A stretch of DNA of 64,000 bases from positions 2,204 to 66,203 of the forward strand of contig JAFXXW010000009.1 of the NCBI GenBank assembly GCA_017542055.1. Direction: 5' to 3'. Source of the stretch: Kiritimatiellia bacterium. GTDB lineage: Bacteria > Verrucomicrobiota > Kiritimatiellia > RFP12 > UBA1067. Under the pieces are notes generated by a model. The model had not been told where the DNA came from. It saw only the letters and a list, made by a program, of their open reading frames with translations, and did no database searches. Positions 1 to 10,564 of this stretch are shown one piece after another (position 1 is the first letter of the stretch; each line of letters opens with the position of its first letter). The position numbers and the translations under genes are program-made.

Positions 1-590
1 GCCAAATCCCGGACCGTCTCGCCCGGCAAAGCGCACATGACGCCCGTCCCCACCTGGTAGTCGAGCTTCCGGAGCGTCCGGAGGCACTCCACCCGGCGAC
101 GCCAGCTATGGTCGGCGGGATGGAGCCGGGAATAAAGCTTTTCATTGGCGGTTTCGATTCGGAGGAGATAGCGCGTAGCCCCCGCCTCGCGCCAACGCTT
201 ATAGACGTCCGCCTCCTGCTCGCCCAGGGAGAGCGTCACCCCCAAGTCGAGCGCGGCGAGTCGCTTCAAGACGCGCACGATCATTTGCGTATGCGATTCG
301 GACTCGATCTCGCCCGACTGGATCACCACGCTCGCATAGCCGAAACTCTTGGCCGCTTCCGCCAGACGCACGATGTCGTCCTCGCTTAGTTGATAGCGCC
401 GAACCTTGGGGTTGGACTTGCGGATACCGCAGTAATAGCAATCCTTGGCGCACACGTTGCCGCTTTCGATGAGGCCGCGCACGGAAACGTGGGGCCCGAT
501 GTACCGGAGCTTTTCCGCATACGCCTGGCGGTAGAGCGATTTGAGCCCGTCCGCGTCGGTAAGGCTCAAAATGGTTTCAAGCGAGTCCAT
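1..590 (-). CDS. hydE: Radical SAM enzyme, HydE/BioB-like (N-terminal part; runs off window start)
   Basis: Absent from the ORF track because it has no stop in the window. My translation from the ATG at 590-588 reads MDSLETILSLTDADGLKSLYRQAYAEKLRYIGPHVSVRGLIESGNVCAKDCYYCGIRKSNPKVRRYQLSEDDIVRLAEAAKSFGYASVVIQSGE. It has the CxxxCxxC radical-SAM motif with HydE-like flanks. The start overlaps the aroA stop by 14 nt. Confidence 0.55.
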   Translation of the reverse strand, partial: MDSLETILSLTDADGLKSLYRQAYAEKLRYIGPHVSVRGLIESGNVCAKDCYYCGIRKSNPKVRRYQLSEDDIVRLAEAAKSFGYASVVIQSGEIESESHTQMIVRVLKRLAALDLGVTLSLGEQEADVYKRWREAGATRYLLRIETANEKLYSRLHPADHSWRRRVECLRTLRKLDYQVGTGVMCALPGETVRDL

Positions 591-1647
591 CGAAGAGTGC
601 GAAAAACCGGGGATAGCTTTTGGCGGCGCAGTCGGCGTTGTCCAGTTCCACGGGACCGTCCGCGATGGTGGCACCCACCGCAATCGACATGGCGATGCGA
701 TGGTCGGCGTAGCTCGTAAACGCGCCCGACCGGTAGGGACCGGGGCGACCAAAGACGGTGAAGGTATCGTCCGTCATCTCCGTATCCACCCCAAAGCGCG
801 CCAGCACGTCGCGCATGGCGGCGGTGCGGTCGGACTCCTTGAGCTTGAGGCGGCGCGTGCCGGTGAAAAGCGTAGTCTGCGGCAAGGCGCCCGCCACCAC
901 CGAGAGCACGGGAAAGATGTCGGGACAGGCGGAAACGTCGATCCGCTCCCGACCCAGCAAAACGGCGATGGCGCGGTCGGGTTGGGCGCTTTCGGGGTCG
1001 AGTCCGTCCACTTCCACTTGGCTCCCCAACCGGTTCATGCCCAGCCAGAATGCCGCGCCCGACCAGTCCCCTTCCGGATGCGTCACGTCAACCGAAGCGA
1101 AACGCTGGCCGCCGGGAAGCTTAAAGCCGCCCTCGGGCGTTTCCTTGACCTCGATGCCGGCCGCCCTCACCACCCGAAGCGTCATATCCACGTACCCGCG
1201 CGATTCGAGGGGCGAGGTGAAGCGGATTTCGCTATTCCCCGGCAGAACGGGGAGCGCAAAGAGGAGGCCCGTCACATACTGCGAGGAAACGTTGCCCGCG
1301 AGTTCGTGCACGCCGGAGTGGATCTCGGGGTATTCGATCATCGGCCGGCTCGCCAAGCGCCCCGCCTTTTTGAATTCCGGCTTAAAGCCCAGCGCGGCCG
1401 TCACCGGCGCCAAAAAGCGCAGCGTGGAACCGCTTTCGCCGCAGTCGAGCACCGGCGTCCGGTCGGTCGCCTGCGCCATCGCGTTGAGGCAACGCTTGGT
1501 GGCCAAAATGTCGGCCGAGTCTTCCGGATCGAACGCGAAGGTTCGCTTGGGGTCGTTCAAGAAAGCCGCAATCAGGAGCCGATGCAAATGGCTCTTGGAA
1601 ACCGGGGCCGTCACCCGTCCGCGTCTCAACCCGGGCAGGAGCGTCAC
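577..1647 (-). CDS. aroA: 3-phosphoshikimate 1-carboxyvinyltransferase (EPSP synthase), compact 356 aa form
   Basis: Lies in the frame of ORF 577..2133. EPSPS motifs present: PVSKSHLHRLLIAA, CGESGSTLRFLAP, GRLASRPM, SSQYVTGLL, LKESDRTAAM, ADHRIAMS. The upstream 160 codons of the listed ORF overlap aroKB and look spurious. GTG at 1647 forms a GTGA overlap with the aroKB stop. Confidence 0.8.
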   Translation of the reverse strand: MTLLPGLRRGRVTAPVSKSHLHRLLIAAFLNDPKRTFAFDPEDSADILATKRCLNAMAQATDRTPVLDCGESGSTLRFLAPVTAALGFKPEFKKAGRLASRPMIEYPEIHSGVHELAGNVSSQYVTGLLFALPVLPGNSEIRFTSPLESRGYVDMTLRVVRAAGIEVKETPEGGFKLPGGQRFASVDVTHPEGDWSGAAFWLGMNRLGSQVEVDGLDPESAQPDRAIAVLLGRERIDVSACPDIFPVLSVVAGALPQTTLFTGTRRLKLKESDRTAAMRDVLARFGVDTEMTDDTFTVFGRPGPYRSGAFTSYADHRIAMSIAVGATIADGPVELDNADCAAKSYPRFFALFDGLA

Positions 1648-3032
1648 GGCAAGTCTCCGTTCAAATCGATTTTCACCGCGCGCACGTCGCCCCAGCCGCA
1701 AGGCAAGGTAAAGGTGACGGTGCTGCCCGCGCGCTTCTTGTCGCCGCGCATGATGTCCCGCAGGCTCTCGAGACTCATTCCCGCCGGGAGTTCCACCGGG
1801 AGACCCGCCTGCGCAAACCGGGCGGCGAATTCTTCCGGCCAACCGGTCGGCGCCAGGCCCAGCCGCACCGCCATGCGCGCTTCGGCCACGCAACCGATGG
1901 CCACCGCCTCGCCGTGCGAGAGTCGGTAACCCGACGCCTTCTCCACCGCGTGACCGATGGTGTGGCCGCAATTGAGCAGCATGCGCCGGCCCAGTTTCTC
2001 GAACGGATCCTCGCGCACGATTTCCACCTTGACGGAAAGATTGCCGGCGATTTCGGTGGCGTCCGGCACCGCGCGCGCGAATTCCTTTTTTCCGCCGATG
2101 GCCCAGTGCTTGATCATTTCCGCGAGGCCGCACTTCATCACTTCCGGCGGCAGCGTGGAGAGGAAGTCGGTATCGATGACGACGAGCTTGGGGCTATGGA
2201 ACGCGCCCGCGAGATTCTTGCCCTCGGGGAGGTCGCACCCCGTCTTGCCGCCGGTGGAGGCGTCCACCATCGAAAGGAGCGTGGTGGGCACGTTGATCCA
2301 GTCGATCCCGCGCATCCAGGTGGCGGCCGCAAATCCGGTCATGTCGCCCGTGACGCCGCCGCCCACCGCCACCACGCGGTCGCGTCGGCCAAGCCCCGCC
2401 TGCGCAAAAGCGCTCCACATTTTGAGAATCGTGGCGGGCGTCTTGTGCTCCTCGCCCGAAGGCATCGTAAAGACGGTGCCGTGGGCGAGCTCGGGATGGA
2501 GCTTCAAGACATTCTCGTCCGTCACCAGTTTTTCGCCGCCCACGATCGTCTGCGCAAGACCCTCCCCCGCCAGCACCAGCGAATCGTCCAACAGGAAGAA
2601 GCGCGAGAGCCGGATGGGGAACGAGGCGTAATGCGGCGCGCGCTCCTTGGCCTTGTTGCCCAAGGGACGCACCACTTCGCCCGCGAGAATGCGCGCTTCC
2701 AGTTCCGCCTCGTCCGGCGCGTCGATGCAGATGACGGCGCCCGACTTTTCCGCAAGCTCCCGGTTGGCCGACCTAAGGAGCGTCCCGCCCCCCAGTGCCA
2801 CCACGCAAGGCTCTTCGATGGCGCACGCTTCCGCCAGCGCCCGCGATTCCGCGTCACGGAAACATTCCTCGCCGCGCGTGGCGAAGATTTCGGAAATGTT
2901 GCAGCCCTCGGCCTGGCAGACGAGGAGGTCGGTGTCGACAAACTTGACGCCCAGCGCCCGGGCCAGCGCGCGCCCCACCGTGGTCTTGCCGCTCGCGGGC
3001 GGTCCGTAGAGGAACAGCCTATTCATGCTCAC
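1644..3032 (-). CDS. aroKB: Bifunctional shikimate kinase / 3-dehydroquinate synthase fusion
   Basis: The N-terminus LFLYGPPASGKTTVGRALARALGVKFVDTD carries the P-loop of shikimate kinase. The C-terminal two thirds carry DHQ synthase motifs (GGGVTGDMTGFAAATWMRGIDWINVPTTLLSMVDASTGGKTG, HTIGHAVE). Start is GTG at 3032 or ATG at 3026. Confidence 0.85.
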   Translation of the reverse strand: MSMNRLFLYGPPASGKTTVGRALARALGVKFVDTDLLVCQAEGCNISEIFATRGEECFRDAESRALAEACAIEEPCVVALGGGTLLRSANRELAEKSGAVICIDAPDEAELEARILAGEVVRPLGNKAKERAPHYASFPIRLSRFFLLDDSLVLAGEGLAQTIVGGEKLVTDENVLKLHPELAHGTVFTMPSGEEHKTPATILKMWSAFAQAGLGRRDRVVAVGGGVTGDMTGFAAATWMRGIDWINVPTTLLSMVDASTGGKTGCDLPEGKNLAGAFHSPKLVVIDTDFLSTLPPEVMKCGLAEMIKHWAIGGKKEFARAVPDATEIAGNLSVKVEIVREDPFEKLGRRMLLNCGHTIGHAVEKASGYRLSHGEAVAIGCVAEARMAVRLGLAPTGWPEEFAARFAQAGLPVELPAGMSLESLRDIMRGDKKRAGSTVTFTLPCGWGDVRAVKIDLNGDLP

Positions 3033-5433
3033 GATATATCCTCCGCTGATGGATGGCCTGGTCGATCAACATCCGCCAACCGTTTTCCGCCTGGCCGCCC
3101 GCGTCGAGGCAGCGCTGCATGGCGGTGGTGACGGCCGGATGATAGACGAGATCGAAGAGTTTTTCCCGTCCCGTGAAAACGTAGCCTTTGAGCGCGTCGT
3201 CGGTGGAGTTGAGTCCCACCGAAGTGGTCTGGACGATCACATCCACCGGGGAGAGGCCCTCCAGCTCGCCCACCCGGAACCAATACTTGGCGGCTAAAAG
3301 TTCCGCCTTTTCCAGCGTGCGGTTGCAGATGATGGCGTCGCCCTTAAGCCCATGGACGGCGTAGGCCACGGCCTTGGCCGCGCCACCCGCGCCCACGATG
3401 AGTACGCGCTTGCCCGTCAGATCTTCCGTACCCAAAAACGCGCACAGGGCCGAGGCGAAACCGGGCGCATCCGTGTTGTAGCCCTTCCAGCCGGTCGGCA
3501 CTCGAACGAGCGTGTTGACGGCGCCGATCGTCTGGGCGGCCTCGTCCAGCTCCACCGCCAAATCGCGCGCGGCCTCCTTGTGGGGCACGGTTACGGCCGA
3601 GCCTTGGATGCCGACCGTATCGGCAAAGCGGACGAACTCGTCCAAGGTCTGGGCCGGGAACGGCACCAGCACCTTGTCCTCCTGCTCGTGGGCGAAAGCG
3701 AGATTGTTGAGCTCGGGCGAGCCGGTCACTTCCAGCGGCCATCCGGTGACGGCGTAGAGCCGGGTGGATGGGGTAAGCTGGCGGAAGCGATACGTGCGCA
3801 CGAGTTCGAACGGCGTCAGCTGGCCCAACTTGGCGGTGGCCGCGTCCGGCACACTGGCAAAGGTGAGCAGGCTCCCCAGGCGAAGCGCAAGAATGCGCGT
3901 CACCTTGCCGAGATGCCCCATGGCGCAGACGATGTACGGGAAGGCCCGGAAAGTCTGCAGCTGGCGGAAAGCGTCGGTGACGTCGTCGGGGCAAAGCGGC
4001 TGGAAGGCGATCTTGGGGATTTCGTCCGTGTCGCCTTTAAGGAGCGTCAAAGTTTCGCACAAGTTCCGGACGGGGCCGGAAAAATCGTGGAGCGAGCGGA
4101 TGATCCGGGCGCCATGACGTCGGGCCGCCGCTTCCACTTCCGCGCGACGGAAGTCGGTTTCCAAATCCACGTACTGGAAGCCCGCGCCTTGGGTAAGGAG
4201 CTCCACAAGAATCCGGGCCCGACCCTCGTCGTCGCCGTCGGGCCACTTACCGCCATCGCGTTCGCGCCGCAGCGTGAGGATGACGGGGAGGCCGGCCCGG
4301 GCCGGAAAGTCGCCCGCCGCTGCGATTTCCTGCCGGTCGGCGAGCAAGTCGAGCCTGAGTTCGCAGAGGTCGATATGGTCGCGATTCTCCCTAACCTGTT
4401 TAAGATTCTCCTCCAGCGTCTTGCCGGTCAAGGTAAGACAGATGCGCGGCGTCCGCGCTTCTTCGGCGAGGATCACGTCGGCCATGACGAGCGAGGTCAA
4501 AGCCTCCACCACCGGCACGGCCCGGAGCGCGATGCAAGGATCGTGCCGACCCTTGATCTGGAGCTTCGTCTCCTCCCGGGTCGTGAGGTCCACCGAGTCC
4601 TGCTCCTGATAGATGCTGGGCGTGGGACGCATCGTCACCTTGAACACCACTTCCGCGCCGTTGGTCATGCCGCCGGTAAGTCCGCCCGAATGGTTGGTGC
4701 GGGGCGTCACCTGGCCGTTCTCGTCCAGTTTAAGCGCGTCGTTGAATTCGCTCCCTTTCATGTCGGCGGCCTTATCGCCATCGCCAAACGACAGCGCCTT
4801 GACGCCGGGAATGCCGAAGATGGCGGCACTGAGCTCGCTCTCGATGCCATCGAACATCGCCCAGCCGAGGCCCTTGGGCATGCCCTTCACCCGGCAAACA
4901 ATGGTGCCGCCGATGGAGTCGCCCGACTGCTTCACGGCCAAAATCTCTTCCGGCGTCCGTTGCGCCACGGCCTCCACCGTGATCCCGCGCGCGGCGAGAT
5001 ACTGCTTGCATACGCCGCCTGCGATGCACATGGGCGCGGTGAGTCGACCGGAATGGCAGCCGCCACCCGCGGGGATGAGGCCCGTCTTGACCCACACGGG
5101 ATAGTCGCTATGGCCGGGCCGCGGCACGCTCCGCACGGAAGCGTAATCTTGGCTGCGGCAGTCGCGGTTGACGATGCGCGCATCGAGCGTTTCGCCGGTG
5201 GTGACGCCATTCTGGTCAAGTCCCTGCAGGAATTCGGGCGTGTCCGGCTCCTTGCGGGCGGTGCTGGTGGCATCGCGACCGGGCGCACGCCGCTCCAAAA
5301 AAACCTGAAGCGCGGCAAGGTCCACCTGGAATCCCGCCGGGAAGCCATCGAGGCGCATGCCGGTTTCGCGCGCATGGGAAGCGCCGCGAATCGCCAGTTT
5401 AAGCTGCTGGCCGATGAAGCTCGAACCCGTCAT
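3019..5433 (-). CDS. aroCDE: Trifunctional chorismate synthase / type I 3-dehydroquinate dehydratase / shikimate dehydrogenase fusion
   Basis: Residues ~1-350 look like chorismate synthase (GRHDPCIALRAVPVVEA, HSGRLTAP). The middle looks like type I DHQase (ICLTLTGKT...ELRLDLL...IIRSLHDF). The C-terminus looks like shikimate dehydrogenase (GSAVTVPHKEAA, GYNTDAPGF, LIVGAGGAAKAVAYA). ATG at 5433 forms an ATGA overlap with the tyrA stop. Confidence 0.8.
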   Translation of the reverse strand: MTGSSFIGQQLKLAIRGASHARETGMRLDGFPAGFQVDLAALQVFLERRAPGRDATSTARKEPDTPEFLQGLDQNGVTTGETLDARIVNRDCRSQDYASVRSVPRPGHSDYPVWVKTGLIPAGGGCHSGRLTAPMCIAGGVCKQYLAARGITVEAVAQRTPEEILAVKQSGDSIGGTIVCRVKGMPKGLGWAMFDGIESELSAAIFGIPGVKALSFGDGDKAADMKGSEFNDALKLDENGQVTPRTNHSGGLTGGMTNGAEVVFKVTMRPTPSIYQEQDSVDLTTREETKLQIKGRHDPCIALRAVPVVEALTSLVMADVILAEEARTPRICLTLTGKTLEENLKQVRENRDHIDLCELRLDLLADRQEIAAAGDFPARAGLPVILTLRRERDGGKWPDGDDEGRARILVELLTQGAGFQYVDLETDFRRAEVEAAARRHGARIIRSLHDFSGPVRNLCETLTLLKGDTDEIPKIAFQPLCPDDVTDAFRQLQTFRAFPYIVCAMGHLGKVTRILALRLGSLLTFASVPDAATAKLGQLTPFELVRTYRFRQLTPSTRLYAVTGWPLEVTGSPELNNLAFAHEQEDKVLVPFPAQTLDEFVRFADTVGIQGSAVTVPHKEAARDLAVELDEAAQTIGAVNTLVRVPTGWKGYNTDAPGFASALCAFLGTEDLTGKRVLIVGAGGAAKAVAYAVHGLKGDAIICNRTLEKAELLAAKYWFRVGELEGLSPVDVIVQTTSVGLNSTDDALKGYVFTGREKLFDLVYHPAVTTAMQRCLDAGGQAENGWRMLIDQAIHQRRIYREHE

Positions 5434-6209
5434 GATTGAAGCCCCCTTTTGGCGTCCGCACCCGACTTGATCCAAGCCATGAGGCCCGCCTTGTCACCTT
5501 GCGACAGGAGTTGCCGGAACTCGTCGATCCGGCCGGCGAAGCGCTCGACGACGGCAAGAAGATGGTCGCGGTTTTCAAGGAAAAGATCGCTCCACGTGTC
5601 CGCGTCCATCGTGGCCACGCGAGACATGTCGGCAAACGACCCCGCCGTGTAGCCAGGCGTCTCGGAAGCGAGCGGATCTTGGATGTAGGCGCCGGAGATG
5701 ACGTGGCAAAGCTGCGAGGTATAGGCGATCATCCGGTCGTGCTGGTCGGGCGTGGCGGAGACGATGGTCGTGAAGCCGAGCGCCTGCAAGACCGGGCAAA
5801 GCTTGTCCAGGGGACCCCGCCCCATGAAAGGATAGGGCGTCAAGATGATTGACGCGCCCCGGAAAAGATCTTCGTCGGCGTTGGCGAAGCCGGCAACTTC
5901 CTTGCCGGCCATCGGGTGCGCGGGGATGAACGTCCAGTTTGCTTTAAGCGCCTTCTCGCGGAACGACTCGAATACCGGCCGCTTGACGCCGCACACGTCG
6001 GTGAGGATGGCGCCCGGCTTGAAGCCGGCCTCGTGCGCCTCGATCCACGGCGCGATCGACTTGGGCGGGAGCGCCACGAAAATGATATCGACGTCCGAGA
6101 GATCGGCCGGATCGGCATGATGGAGCCCTAGCGTTTCGTAGCCGGCCTTGCGGGCCGCCTTCAACAGCGAGCCGCCGATCAGTCCCATTCCCACCACTGC
6201 GAGTTTCAT
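5430..6209 (-). CDS. tyrA: Prephenate dehydrogenase
   Basis: MKLAVVGMGLIGGSLLKAARKAGY Rossmann N-terminus, plus PAHPMAGKEVAGF and a TyrA-like C-terminal half. Sits inside the aromatic amino-acid operon. Confidence 0.8.
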   Translation of the reverse strand: MKLAVVGMGLIGGSLLKAARKAGYETLGLHHADPADLSDVDIIFVALPPKSIAPWIEAHEAGFKPGAILTDVCGVKRPVFESFREKALKANWTFIPAHPMAGKEVAGFANADEDLFRGASIILTPYPFMGRGPLDKLCPVLQALGFTTIVSATPDQHDRMIAYTSQLCHVISGAYIQDPLASETPGYTAGSFADMSRVATMDADTWSDLFLENRDHLLAVVERFAGRIDEFRQLLSQGDKAGLMAWIKSGADAKRGLQS

Positions 6210-6213
6210 CGCC

Positions 6214-7272
6214 TTACAGCCTTTCGATTACCGCCTGGCCCATTTCCGAACACTTGACCGTGCCGCCCAGATCGCGGGTGAACACGCCGTCCGCCAGCGT
6301 CCGGCCCACCGCCGATTCGATATCGTCCGCTTCCGCCGCGAGCCCCAGACTGTGCCGGAGCATCATGGCGGCGGAGAGAATGGTGGCCAAGGGGTTGGCC
6401 ACGTCCTGTCCCGCGATGTCGGGGGCGGAACCGTGGATGGGCTCGTAGAGACCGAAGCCGTCGCTCCGGAGCGAGGCGGAAGGCAACATGCCGATGGACC
6501 CCGTGATCTGCGAGGCTTCGTCGGAGAGGATGTCGCCGAACATGTTTTCGGTGAGGATGACGTCGAAGTGCTGCGGCGCGCGCACCAGCTGCATGGCGCC
6601 GTTGTCCACGTACATGTGGTCGAGCTCCACGTCGGCGTAGTCGGCCTCGTGGATGCGCGTGACCGTCTCGCGCCAGAGCCGCGAAGTTTCGAGGACGTTG
6701 GCCTTGTCGATGCTGGTCACGCGTCCGCGCCGCTTGCGGGCGGCTTCGAAGGCCACCCGGGCGATGCGCTCTATTTCCGCCGTGGAATACGGCATGTAGT
6801 CGAGGGCGGAAAGTCCGTCCTCCGCGCGTTCGTGTCGACCGAAATACACGCCGCCCGTGAGTTCCCGCACCACCAATAGATCGAGTCCCGCTTCCACGAT
6901 GGAAGGCTTGAGGGGCGAAGCGTCTTTGAGCGGCGCCCACACTTTGGCCGGGCGCAGATTGGCGAAAAGCCCCAACTCTTTCCGGAGCGTCAGCAGCGCG
7001 CGCTTTTCGGGCCGCTGAGGGCCTGGGAGCCGGTCGTATTTGGGTCCGCCCACCGCGCCCAGCAACACCGCGTCCGCCGCCCGGCATGCCGCGAGCGTAG
7101 CGTCCGGCAGACAGTCGCCGCAGTCGTCGTACGCGGCGCCGCCCACGAGATGATGGTCGAGCGCCAACTCGTGGCCGAACTTGTCCGCCACCGCCTTCAG
7201 CACCTTGACCGCCTCGGCCACGATTTCGGGGCCGATTCCGTCGCCCGGAGTTACCGCAATCCTGGCTTTCAT
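6214..7272 (-). CDS. leuB: 3-isopropylmalate dehydrogenase
   Basis: [67 protein letters not shown]. Confidence 0.9.
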   Translation of the reverse strand: MKARIAVTPGDGIGPEIVAEAVKVLKAVADKFGHELALDHHLVGGAAYDDCGDCLPDATLAACRAADAVLLGAVGGPKYDRLPGPQRPEKRALLTLRKELGLFANLRPAKVWAPLKDASPLKPSIVEAGLDLLVVRELTGGVYFGRHERAEDGLSALDYMPYSTAEIERIARVAFEAARKRRGRVTSIDKANVLETSRLWRETVTRIHEADYADVELDHMYVDNGAMQLVRAPQHFDVILTENMFGDILSDEASQITGSIGMLPSASLRSDGFGLYEPIHGSAPDIAGQDVANPLATILSAAMMLRHSLGLAAEADDIESAVGRTLADGVFTRDLGGTVKCSEMGQAVIERL

Positions 7273-7275
7273 CGT

Positions 7276-7764
7276 TTACGCCCTCTTGCTCATGTACGCG
7301 CCAAGACCCCCGGCCGCGATCAGTTCCTGCATGAACGGCGGGAACGGCTCGGCCCGGAAACTCGCTCCGGTGGTTTCGTCCCGGATGACGCCGGTTTCGA
7401 AGTCCACGCTCGCCTGGTGGCCCGACGCGATGGCCGCGGCCGCTTCCGGACACTCCAGAATGGGCAGCCCGATGTTGAGCGCGTTGCGGTAGAAAATCCG
7501 CGCGAACGTGGCGGCGATGACGCACGCCACTCCCGCCGCCTTGATGGAGGCCGGCGCGTGCTCGCGACTCGATCCGCAACCGAAATTCCTGCCCGCCACC
7601 AGAATGTCGCCGGGCCGGACCGCGGCGGCGAAAGCGGGGTCGATGTCTTCCATGCAGTGCTTGGCGAGCTCCCGCATGTCCGGCGTGTTGAGATAGCGCG
7701 CCGGAATGATCACGTCGGTGTCGACGTTGTCTCCGTATTTGAAAACCTTGCCCGCTGCTTTCAT
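7276..7764 (-). CDS. leuD: 3-isopropylmalate dehydratase small subunit
   Basis: Last 162 codons of ORF 7276..8781: [25 protein letters not shown]...[16 protein letters not shown] at 7764 overlaps the leuC stop. Confidence 0.85.
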   Translation of the reverse strand: MKAAGKVFKYGDNVDTDVIIPARYLNTPDMRELAKHCMEDIDPAFAAAVRPGDILVAGRNFGCGSSREHAPASIKAAGVACVIAATFARIFYRNALNIGLPILECPEAAAAIASGHQASVDFETGVIRDETTGASFRAEPFPPFMQELIAAGGLGAYMSKRA

Positions 7765-9014
7765 GGCGCGACGATCCTTCCCGCGATTGCGCTGGCCGCC
7801 GCCACCGCCGGCGACGCCAGATAGATTTCCGATTCCACGTGACCCATGCGGCCCACGAAGTTGCGGTTGGTGGTGGCCACGCATTTTTCGCCCTTGGCCA
7901 AAATCCCCATGTAGCCCCCGAGGCACGGTCCGCACGTGGGCGTGGACACCACGCACCCCGCTTCCGCGAAGATTTCGAGGAGCCCTTCCCGCGCCGCCTC
8001 CAGCCACACGCGTTGCGTGGCGGGAATCACGATGCAGCGCACGTCCGGATGCACCTTCTTGCCCCGGATGATCTCCGCGGCGATGCGCATATCGCCAATG
8101 CGACCGTTGGTGCACGACCCGATCACCACCTGGTCGATCTTGATGTCGCCCGCGTCGCCGATCGGTCGCGTATTCTCCGGGAGATGCGGAAACGCCACCG
8201 TGGGTTCGAGCGTGTCGAGATCGATTTTCACCTCGCGTTCGTAGACGGCGTCTTCGTCGGCCGCGTATACGACCGGCGCCTTGGCCCCGTGCGATGCGAG
8301 ATACTCGCGCGTCGCCGCGTCCACCGGAAAGATGCCGTTCTTGGCGCCGGCCTCGATGGCCATGTTGGCGATGGTGAAACGGTCGTCCATCGTGAGCGCG
8401 GAGAGTCCCTCGCCCGCGAACTCCAGCGACATGTACCGCGCGCCGTCCACCCCGATCAGGCCGATCAGGTGGAGAATGAGATCCTTGCCGCTGACATGGG
8501 GACGGAACCTGCCCGTCACCGTCACCTTGATGGCGCCCGGCACGCGGAACCATGTTTCGCCCGTCGCCATGCCGCAGGCCATGTCGGTGGAGCCTACGCC
8601 GGTGGAGAACGCGCCCACCGCCCCGTAGGTGCAGGTGTGGCTGTCCGCGCCGATGATGCAGTCGCCCGCCGTGACGAGACCCTTCTCCGGCAAGAGCGCG
8701 TGCTCCACGCCGCAGTCGTGGCCCACCTCGAAATAGTTCTTGATCTGCTGCGCCTTGGCGAAGCAGCGCATGGTGGCGCACTGCGTGGCCGCCTTGATGT
8801 CCTTGTTGGGCGCGAAATGGTCGGGCACGAGCGCGATCTTCTCGCGGTCGAAAACCGCCTGGCGTCCGAACTTGGGAAACTCGCCGATCGCCACCGGCGT
8901 GGTGATGTCGTTCCCGAGCACCAGGTCGAGCCTGGCCATGATGAGCTCGCCCGCGTGCACCTCGGCCTTGCCGGCGTGCGCGGCAAGGATCTTTTGCGTC
9001 ATCGTCATGCCCAT
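7761..9014 (-). CDS. leuC: 3-isopropylmalate dehydratase large subunit
   Basis: Last 417 codons of ORF 7761..9869: [13 protein letters not shown]...[12 protein letters not shown]...[13 protein letters not shown]...CGPCLG, the aconitase-family cluster ligands. Confidence 0.85.
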   Translation of the reverse strand: MGMTMTQKILAAHAGKAEVHAGELIMARLDLVLGNDITTPVAIGEFPKFGRQAVFDREKIALVPDHFAPNKDIKAATQCATMRCFAKAQQIKNYFEVGHDCGVEHALLPEKGLVTAGDCIIGADSHTCTYGAVGAFSTGVGSTDMACGMATGETWFRVPGAIKVTVTGRFRPHVSGKDLILHLIGLIGVDGARYMSLEFAGEGLSALTMDDRFTIANMAIEAGAKNGIFPVDAATREYLASHGAKAPVVYAADEDAVYEREVKIDLDTLEPTVAFPHLPENTRPIGDAGDIKIDQVVIGSCTNGRIGDMRIAAEIIRGKKVHPDVRCIVIPATQRVWLEAAREGLLEIFAEAGCVVSTPTCGPCLGGYMGILAKGEKCVATTNRNFVGRMGHVESEIYLASPAVAAASAIAGRIVAP

Positions 9015-9019
9015 CGGCT

Positions 9020-10549
9020 TCACTCTCCCCTGTCGTTGACCATCCGGTTGACCGCGCTCAAGAGCGCCAGGATGCTGCCCTTGATGATGTCGGTGCTGAC
9101 GCCGCGTCCGCGGTACATGCCCTTCTTGTCCTTGATCTTCACGATCACCTCGCCCAAAGCGTCGCGATGCTCGGTGACGGCGTGGATCTGGTAGTCCTCC
9201 AGCGTGAACTTGTGGCCGATGATCTTCTCGATGGCCGCGAAGGACGCGTAGACGGGACCGGTGGCGAGCGCCACTTCCTGCTTGATCTTGCCGCCCCGCG
9301 AGAGCGTGACCTGGGCCGTCGTGGACATGAGGTTGCCGGAATTGACCACGAAGTTGTCGAGCTTCCACTCCAGCTTGGGTTCGCGGCGGATCGCGATCTT
9401 GCTCTCCGCCAGCGCCACGAGGTCGCGCTCGGCGATGACCTTCTTCTCGTCCGCCAGCTGCTTGAACTCGCCGAAGAGCTGGTCGATCCTGTCCTCTTCG
9501 AAATCGTACCCCAGTTCCTTGAGGCGCTCCGCGAACGCATGGCGGCCCGAGTGCTTGCCGAGGACGAGCTCGGTCTTCTTGACGCCCACCGATTCCGGCG
9601 TCATGATTTCGTACGTCTGCGCGTTGGCGAGGACCCCGTGCTGGTGGATGCCCGACTCGTGCGCGAACGCGTTGGAGCCCACGATGGCCTTGTTGGGGGC
9701 GATCTTGATGCCGGTGATGGTGGAAAGGAGATTCGCCGTGCGCATCAGCTCTTCCGTCTTGAGGTTGCAGTAGAGCCCCTGGTAGAAGTCGTGCCGCACC
9801 CGGAGGCCCATGGCGATTTCTTCCATGGCCGCGTTGCCGGCCCGCTCCCCGATGCCGCAGATGGTGCACTCGATCTGCCGCGCGCCCGCCTGGACGCCCG
9901 CCAGCGAGTTGGCGACGCCGAGACCCAGGTCGTCATGGCAGTGCATGGACAGGATGGCCTGGTCCATGTTGGGCACCTTGTCGTGCACGGTCTTGATCAT
10001 GCGATAGATCTCTTCCGGCGTGGAATACCCCACCGTGTCCGGCAGATTGACGATCGTCGCGCCCGCCTTGATGGCGGTTTCCGTGGCCCGGCAGAGGAAG
10101 TCGAGATCGGTCCGGGACGCGTCCTCGGCCGAGAACTCCACCTCGTCGCAGAGATTGCGCGCATACGCCACCATCTCCTTGATCTGCTTGAGACAGTCGG
10201 CGCGGCCGATCTTGAGCTTGTACTTGAGATGCAGATCGCTCGTGGCGAGGAAGGTGTGGATGCGCGCGTGCGCCGCCGGCTTGACCGCCTTGGCCGCCGC
10301 GTCGATGTCCTTGACGAGCGCCCGGCACAGCGAGGCCACCGTGGCGCGCTTGACCGTCTTGGCGATTTCGTTCACCGACTGGAAATCCCCCGGCGAGGCG
10401 ATGGCGAAACCGGCCTCGATCACGTCCACCCCCAGCGTCTCCAGCTGCTGCGCCATCCGGAGCTTTTCGTCGAGATGCATGGAGTAGCCGGGCGCCTGTT
10501 CGCCGTCCCGGAGCGTGGTGTCGAATATCTTGATCTGTTCGGTTTTCAT
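9020..10549 (-). CDS. leuA: 2-isopropylmalate synthase
   Basis: [45 protein letters not shown], and a C-terminal LeuA dimerisation/regulatory region. Confidence 0.9.
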   Translation of the reverse strand: MKTEQIKIFDTTLRDGEQAPGYSMHLDEKLRMAQQLETLGVDVIEAGFAIASPGDFQSVNEIAKTVKRATVASLCRALVKDIDAAAKAVKPAAHARIHTFLATSDLHLKYKLKIGRADCLKQIKEMVAYARNLCDEVEFSAEDASRTDLDFLCRATETAIKAGATIVNLPDTVGYSTPEEIYRMIKTVHDKVPNMDQAILSMHCHDDLGLGVANSLAGVQAGARQIECTICGIGERAGNAAMEEIAMGLRVRHDFYQGLYCNLKTEELMRTANLLSTITGIKIAPNKAIVGSNAFAHESGIHQHGVLANAQTYEIMTPESVGVKKTELVLGKHSGRHAFAERLKELGYDFEEDRIDQLFGEFKQLADEKKVIAERDLVALAESKIAIRREPKLEWKLDNFVVNSGNLMSTTAQVTLSRGGKIKQEVALATGPVYASFAAIEKIIGHKFTLEDYQIHAVTEHRDALGEVIVKIKDKKGMYRGRGVSTDIIKGSILALLSAVNRMVNDRGE

Positions 10550-10564
10550 CTTGCTTCCTGTCTG

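Noticed and set aside
577-2133. The 518 aa ORF as a single protein (EPSP synthase with a 160 aa N-terminal extension).
   Set aside because: The extension (MRPRGNDQALGHRRKKG...) overlaps the aroKB coding frame and has spurious composition. The conserved EPSPS sequence begins at the GTG at 1647, which forms a GTGA junction with the aroKB stop.
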